From the IMG/VR virus record IMGVR_UViG_3300045988_150569, positions 80,613 to 112,612 of that record: a DNA stretch of 32,000 bases. The stretch is one strand, 5' to 3'. Below the pieces are notes generated by a model. It did no database searches, had not been told where the DNA came from, and saw only the letters and a list, made by a program, of their open reading frames with translations. Below, one piece after another: positions 27,044-32,000 of this stretch. Source of the stretch: a virus. Made by a program: the position numbers and the translations under genes. Each line of letters begins with the position of its first letter. The stretch's first letter is position 1.

Positions 27044-27204
27044 TTATCTGGTACTAAAATTAGGAAATTCTTTAGTATCCTTAAATTTCTCCTGAAATAC
27101 TGAATCTCCATATTTTAAGCACTCATACTCCACGGATATCCTTTATCATCGACTTTCACATTTAACTGTTTACATTTGTCACAGTTCCTATTACAATGAA
27201 CCAT
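27044..27204 (-). pseudogene. frameshifted small Cys-containing protein
   Basis: RBS GGAGG + MVHCNRNCDKCKQLNVKVDDKGYPW, then continues in another frame as (V)EYECLKYGDSVFQEKFKDTKEFPNFSTR*; consistent with a 1-nt deletion near 27131. Confidence 0.5.
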
Positions 27205-27238
27205 AAATCCTCCGTTTCCGATGAAAGCAATTTTTCAT

Positions 27239-27484
27239 CTACTTCATCATTTTTACATCCTTAACATGAACATTTGATAAGATATCAGCTCCGATTCCTT
27301 TAAAGTTTTTCATTCCATATTCTGTTGGATTATAAACATGAATCATGCCAATTCCATTGTCATGTCCCACAGTTATACCATCTGCATATTCTCCCTTACT
27401 AGGTGTTAATCCAGTTTTTTCATCCTTAAGCTTAACTAATTCTTCCTCATTAAAATCTGCTTCAATTACAATCTGAATTTTCAT
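27239..27484 (-). CDS. hypothetical protein
   Basis: ORF. Confidence 0.65.
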   Translation of the reverse strand: MKIQIVIEADFNEEELVKLKDEKTGLTPSKGEYADGITVGHDNGIGMIHVYNPTEYGMKNFKGIGADILSNVHVKDVKMMK

Positions 27485-27514
27485 TATTATTTATCTCCTT
27501 TCGAAATCGTCATT

Positions 27515-27677
27515 TCATGACTGAAACATCAATAACATTGAATCCTGCATCTTCCAAGTCTTGTTCAACACAATATCTTAATGTTTCTTCTGATGACTCA
27601 TCATCATAGAATTCTGCTTCTACTTCTACAATGAGTTTCACTTTTATTTTATTTGGCTTATCTATTATTCTTGCCAC
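27515..27677 (-). CDS. small hypothetical protein (GTG start)
   Basis: Hand-translated ORF ending ...KLIVEVEAEFYDESSEETLRYCVEQDLEDAGFNVIDVSVMK. Confidence 0.5.
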
Positions 27678-28112
27678 CTATATCGCCTCTTCTAATCTAC
27701 CAAGTAAATCATTCTTCACTTCGATTATTGCATTCAGCCTACCTTTAATCTGTAAATCATATGGACTATCAGTATTTTTTAATAAACCCTCAAGCCTATC
27801 AATTTCTGTATCAAGCTCACCAATATATTCTTTTATCTTTTCTCTCATATCTGGCTTTTTATATTTATTGTTATTATATCTTAATTCAAACTCATTTTTA
27901 TATTCCTCTTCAGTTACAAACATAATTCTTTTCATGACGTGATCTACCATTACACATCTGTAAGTATTTTCTGCATAAAAAGCATCACCAACCTTAAAAT
28001 TGTTCCAATTTATAGTTGTTTGTTTATCTTTCATTGTTTCATTGATATCTACGAGCATTTCTTCTGGACAATTTAATAAATATCCATAACAGTTTAAATT
28101 TTCATTTTCCAT
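27678..28112 (-). CDS. hypothetical protein
   Basis: Start placed at MENENLNCYGYLLNC (GGAGG upstream). Confidence 0.65.
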   Translation of the reverse strand: MENENLNCYGYLLNCPEEMLVDINETMKDKQTTINWNNFKVGDAFYAENTYRCVMVDHVMKRIMFVTEEEYKNEFELRYNNNKYKKPDMREKIKEYIGELDTEIDRLEGLLKNTDSPYDLQIKGRLNAIIEVKNDLLGRLEEAI

Positions 28113-28140
28113 TTTTCTACCTCCAATCATCAAAAGAAAG

Positions 28141-28380
28141 TTAAAATTCATTTCCATTTCTATAATCAACAATTCCAATTTGACTTCCTTGAGTTAATAC
28201 TACCTTATTTTCTTCTCCATATTCCCAGTCATCTACATTTAATTCGTCTACAGCATCTAATTCTGTTGCAAAATTACTTCCAAATGATTGAATCATTCCT
28301 ATACATACTGGAAGATCTTCATCGTATTGATTAAGAATGTCTTTTAATTCTCCTACTGTCATCATAATTTTATACCTCAT
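28141..28380 (-). CDS. hypothetical protein
   Basis: ORF; start may be internal, MMTVGELKDILNQYDEDLPVCIG. Confidence 0.65.
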   Translation of the reverse strand: MRYKIMMTVGELKDILNQYDEDLPVCIGMIQSFGSNFATELDAVDELNVDDWEYGEENKVVLTQGSQIGIVDYRNGNEF

Positions 28381-28412
28381 TCCTTTCCAATATCACAGTA
28401 AACTTAGATTTC

Positions 28413-28739
28413 TTAGTCATTAAATAAATAATCTCTTACATATTCATCACCAAATTTGTCATACATCCATCTTCTATAATCTGGCGTACAATTACCCGAA
28501 TGGTGATATACTTTGACATCATAATCGGTAATTTCATAATCATCATCAATGATAAGTGTGGCATTTGGGTCTTCCTTCAATCTCTCTTCTTCAAATTCAG
28601 GAATTTCTACATATCCCTCAAGCCCAATAGAACGCTCATCTCTTGTAATATTTAATTCATTGATTTTCCCATCTGAATCAATAAATAAACTGTATATTTT
28701 TCTTAATTCTTCATCAGTTAATCTATTTGCATATTTCAT
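28413..28739 (-). CDS. hypothetical protein
   Basis: ORF. Confidence 0.65.
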   Translation of the reverse strand: MKYANRLTDEELRKIYSLFIDSDGKINELNITRDERSIGLEGYVEIPEFEEERLKEDPNATLIIDDDYEITDYDVKVYHHSGNCTPDYRRWMYDKFGDEYVRDYLFND

Positions 28740-28784
28740 AAAATAATTCCTTTCTGTTTCAAAAGAAAACTTGGTTTCATTGGT

Positions 28785-29045
28785 TTATTCAATTGGCTCG
28801 TCTAATCTTTTTCCATATACATCTACATAACCGCCATAGCTATTTCCATTCTCTTCATACCAAAAATACCATTCTGTGTCTGTTATTCTCTTTACATTTA
28901 TGTCAGAAGTCTTTGTATTCTTAATCCATTTTTCCGCTTCATTAATAGCAACATTTTCATTTGAATATATCCCAAGCACCCTTGCATTTGCTTCTGGGTG
29001 TTCTCCTTTATTATTAATTACTGTATGTACTATTGTATATAACAT
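28785..29045 (-). CDS. hypothetical protein
   Basis: ORF. Confidence 0.65.
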   Translation of the reverse strand: MLYTIVHTVINNKGEHPEANARVLGIYSNENVAINEAEKWIKNTKTSDINVKRITDTEWYFWYEENGNSYGGYVDVYGKRLDEPIE

Positions 29046-29047
29046 AT

Positions 29048-29281
29048 TTATAATCCTCCAATCTTTTTATTATTTTCAAAATCATATTTTCCATATTCAT
29101 GTTCATATCCATCCCATAAATATGTTAATCTTCCATCTGGATATAAACTAATAAATGAACCTGTAATAACATCGCTGCATTCTTCTGAATGATAATACAT
29201 TCCACCTTTTTCATGTTCATACATTTGCGTATATGTATAACCATCCAAGTAAATTTCTTTTGGATATTCCATACAAATCAC
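29048..29281 (-). CDS. hypothetical protein
   Basis: ORF. Confidence 0.6.
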   Translation of the reverse strand: MICMEYPKEIYLDGYTYTQMYEHEKGGMYYHSEECSDVITGSFISLYPDGRLTYLWDGYEHEYGKYDFENNKKIGGL

Positions 29282-29367
29282 CTCAATATTATATTCTCCA
29301 TTATATCAGAAACAGAACTGCCTTACGACAATTCCACTCCAAATGAATCTATTATTTCCTAATTATA

Positions 29368-30081
29368 TTATTCTCTAATCAATTCTAATTTTGCTTTTAT
29401 ATTCTCATCATGAACGCAAACAGAAAACCTATTATCTAACAATATTTTGCCTATTTCAATCGCTTCATTTTCAAAATCATGTTTTACAATTTTTGGCAAT
29501 GATTTACACCATCCTCCTACGTACTGATTCCATTCATATCCTCTACTTTTAACAAGGCTTATGAAATCGCTATTTTTCATGTAGCAAAGCTTTATATATC
29601 GATCAACACCACCTAAATCTACATACTCTGTAATCTCTACTGTATCATAATATTTCTGGCTTGTGGGTATGATCGTATCTTCCGGCAGAAATCTTGATGC
29701 TTGTAGCTTTCTTTCCAAAATATCCTCATAACACAGCACAAACTCTTTATCACAGATATGATCCCGATTATCAATCCAGAACTTTGCATCAGTTTTTGTA
29801 TTGATTAAGAATTCTGCCGCCAATTCGTGTTTTTCACAATAGTCCAGGAAATCTGCCCTTATTGTATTTGCCCAGACGATCTGTTTTTCCGTTCCGCTCA
29901 GATCGGGCATATCATACTGTTCTGCAATCTCTTTATTTCTTTCTTCCTTTTCTTTTTGCTTGCAGTCTGGACACAAATCGGAAAAATACTGTTTTGCCCT
30001 CCATTCCTTGTAGGATTTTGTGCCCACAAGCTCTATACCACCCTCATGACCGCATGAGTGCTTTCCTTCATACCAAGACAT
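29368..30081 (-). CDS. hypothetical protein with N-terminal CxH/CxxC zinc-finger-like motif
   Basis: ORF MSWYEGKHSCGHEG...LCPDCKQKEKEERN. Confidence 0.8.
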   Translation of the reverse strand: MSWYEGKHSCGHEGGIELVGTKSYKEWRAKQYFSDLCPDCKQKEKEERNKEIAEQYDMPDLSGTEKQIVWANTIRADFLDYCEKHELAAEFLINTKTDAKFWIDNRDHICDKEFVLCYEDILERKLQASRFLPEDTIIPTSQKYYDTVEITEYVDLGGVDRYIKLCYMKNSDFISLVKSRGYEWNQYVGGWCKSLPKIVKHDFENEAIEIGKILLDNRFSVCVHDENIKAKLELIRE

Positions 30082-30128
30082 ATATTTTACCTCTTTTCTT
30101 TTTTCGATAGTTATGTTATAATGTTTTC

Positions 30129-30201
30129 AGAAACTCTTTGGCGGGGTTGATCCTTGATTTAATTCTAGAGATATAGTATTCCCCGCACACAAAGAGTTTC
30201 T
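30129..30201. other. large stem-loop (18-bp interrupted stem)
   Basis: AGAAACTCTTTG+GCGGGG ... CCCCGC+aca+CAAAGAGTTTCT, followed on plus strand by TTTTATTTT. Confidence 0.75.
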
Positions 30202-30320
30202 TTTTATTTTCTGGCCATTTCATCCCACTCTTGACCTGTTTTTGAAAAATATTTCATCATATTTCGAACCTCTCATAAATATTATAACATAGGTTGCAAT
30301 ATTATAGCCACCAGATTTCT

Positions 30321-30698
30321 CTACCAATCTTCTTCCCACTCACTTGGATCTTTTAGCGCCTGTCCAAACTGATTGTACAACTGTCCGCATCCATCACAAT
30401 ATGTATCTCCCTGAAGGATAACCTCATACCCGCAGCTGCATTTTGCATGTGTTGGCTCTGTATACCACCAAGACCTTTTTCGTATACCCATATCTTCCCA
30501 TTTTTCTGGATGATCGGCACAATCATTGTAATTTCTAAGTTTACTTTCCATATCATCCGTCTGAGTTAAATTGCCTTCTTTATCACATCCAAACCCAAGC
30601 GTTTCATAATATGGTGCGCCAATAATATGAAAACAATGTTCATAAATTGACTGTTGTCTCCGTTCTCTTTCTGAAATAATTCTTACAATGTGACTCAT
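30321..30698 (-). CDS. zinc-ribbon hypothetical protein
   Basis: ORF containing CSCGYEVILQGDTYCDGCGQ. Confidence 0.75.
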   Translation of the reverse strand: MSHIVRIISERERRQQSIYEHCFHIIGAPYYETLGFGCDKEGNLTQTDDMESKLRNYNDCADHPEKWEDMGIRKRSWWYTEPTHAKCSCGYEVILQGDTYCDGCGQLYNQFGQALKDPSEWEEDW

Positions 30699-31015
30699 AA
30701 CTCTTCTCCTTTCACCATCTCATATTTATCCAGTTCTTCTTGATCCAGTAACCGATCATAATATACTTCCGCCCAGGCAGATATACCATTTACATTTGTC
30801 TTGTTATCATAGTTGATAAAATCCATGAATCCTTTCTGTGGCTGTGTTCCGATACTCACTGGACGTTCCAACATATAATATTTAATCCAACCATTCCGTT
30901 TGGCTGCATTCCTAACGTATTCTTCTGCGCTCATTATTCTATTCCTTTCTCTTCTCTGTACTAAAATAGGAAGGCTGCATTTTACAACCTTCCTACATGT
31001 ATTCTCTGTATTCAA
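30695..31015 (-). CDS. hypothetical protein (true start probably downstream, MSAEEYVRNAAKRNG)
   Basis: ORF; AGAGAAAGGAATAGAATAATG precedes MSAEEY. Confidence 0.65.
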   Translation of the reverse strand: MNTENTCRKVVKCSLPILVQRRERNRIMSAEEYVRNAAKRNGWIKYYMLERPVSIGTQPQKGFMDFINYDNKTNVNGISAWAEVYYDRLLDQEELDKYEMVKGEEL

Positions 31016-31021
31016 TTTTAT

Positions 31022-31096
31022 TTACCGTCTATTCCATGGCATCCATGGTCCAAAAACAATACCTAAAGCAATTGCCCAACTAATTAATTCGATCAT
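31022..31096 (-). CDS. micro-protein, hydrophobic (24 aa)
   Basis: AAAAGGAGAATGAAATTATG RBS then MIELISWAIALGIVFGPWMPWNRR*. Confidence 0.4.
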   Translation of the reverse strand: MIELISWAIALGIVFGPWMPWNRR

Positions 31097-31163
31097 AATT
31101 TCATTCTCCTTTTGTTATATTTTAATTATATTTACTTTGCTATATCTGCACTGCATTTACTTC

Positions 31164-31793
31164 TTAATTTACTTTATTAGATGTCAACATCCAATCTCCA
31201 AGTCTTTCTCTCATTTCATAATCTGTTGGGAATGTAGTTGCAGTACACATAAAACATCTTAATCGAGCATATTCATCTCTTGTAATTTCTATTCCCATAT
31301 CACCAGGAGCAGTTCCTTTAGGCCATTTCATAGTTGTTGGATTAAAATAATATTTTCTAAATTTTGTTTCACCACTAGGAAATTCTTTATATTCCCACAG
31401 ACAAGAAATAATTTTTCCTGTACTTATTTCAGTTGTGAAAGCTTTATTATATTGAGGATAATATTTATTGTATGCAAGATTATCACTTTTCTTTGCAAAT
31501 TCTAAACATTGTTTCTCTTCTGATTTATGAAAAGCATATTCTTCAGAAAGTTTATCCTCGTAAACTGTGCCAGTTTTCAACCCAACTACCTGTCCACCAA
31601 AATTTCCATATTTATCTTCTCTTATCCTATAAGTGGTGTATTCTCCATTCCTAATCTCTCTACCTTTTCTGTCATACCATACAGTATCATTCCCCTCTTT
31701 GTGAATACTTGTCTTTTTACAATAATGATTGTCACTTAAACAACTCAATCCACTAATACCTAAAACGCTTAAAAATATTAATGTTCCGATCAT
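31164..31793 (-). CDS. hypothetical secreted/lipoprotein-like protein
   Basis: Signal-like MIGTLIFLSVLGISGLSCLSD; RBS AAGGAGG. Confidence 0.75.
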   Translation of the reverse strand: MIGTLIFLSVLGISGLSCLSDNHYCKKTSIHKEGNDTVWYDRKGREIRNGEYTTYRIREDKYGNFGGQVVGLKTGTVYEDKLSEEYAFHKSEEKQCLEFAKKSDNLAYNKYYPQYNKAFTTEISTGKIISCLWEYKEFPSGETKFRKYYFNPTTMKWPKGTAPGDMGIEITRDEYARLRCFMCTATTFPTDYEMRERLGDWMLTSNKVN

Positions 31794-31872
31794 AAAATAT
31801 TGCCTCCTTGATTATGTATTTTATGTTACATATTTTGCTTTATTATATCACTTTTGTCTTATTTTGTGACCA

Positions 31873-32000
31873 TCAACTTAACACTTTTACAAATCTTGTT
31901 AGCCATTCTTCGCTTACATAGCCCGCAAGGATATTGTCTATGTCATTCATTATTGCATTGGTGTTGCATCTGATAAATAAATTTGCAGCTTCCAACTCAT
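31873..32000 (-). CDS. partial hypothetical ORF running off right edge
   Basis: Open frame ...ELEAANLFIRCNTNAIMNDIDNILAGYVSEEWLTRFVKVLS*. Confidence 0.45.
   Translation of the reverse strand, partial: ELEAANLFIRCNTNAIMNDIDNILAGYVSEEWLTRFVKVLS

Noticed and set aside
27631-27942. 103-aa hydrophobic plus-strand ORF
   Set aside because: Antisense to minus CDS 27678..28112; Ser/Phe/Leu-rich translation typical of reverse frames.
1-32000. Retron, DGR, restriction-modification or anti-CRISPR locus
   Set aside because: No reverse transcriptase, methyltransferase or template/variable repeat pair seen in any translated ORF; small unknown ORFs cannot be called anti-CRISPRs from sequence alone.

Overview
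AT-rich 32 kb accessory window with nearly all genes on the minus strand. It most resembles part of a large Clostridia/Lachnospiraceae phage or phage-like element. That assignment is an inference: I see no structural genes. The main candidate system is at 15371..17332. A 520-aa IscB-like RRXRR/RuvC/HNH protein (minus strand) is preceded by ~230 nt of non-coding sequence and then a mini CRISPR-like array of 3 x 36-nt repeats and 2 x 30-nt spacers. On the iscB strand the repeats read GTTTTAGAGGTAAGTAATTTCAGAGGGTTACAAAAC, similar to type II repeats. The repeat nearest iscB appears to merge into the presumed omega-RNA scaffold, giving the order spacer-repeat-scaffold-iscB. Other notable items: a WGR/PARP-regulatory-like protein beside a macrodomain protein at the left edge; a sigma-factor-like + DUF262-like fusion; LemA; an RlaP-like nucleotidyltransferase; an AAA ATPase; an HNH endonuclease; one tRNA-Gln and one tRNA-like sequence with a short anticodon arm; a candidate plus-strand small RNA with promoter and terminator; a right-hand cluster with a MazF/PemK-like toxin, XRE regulator, tyrosine recombinase and HicAB; and a recurrent upstream AATACATA motif. 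All assignments come from reading the sequence by eye. No database search or folding was run.
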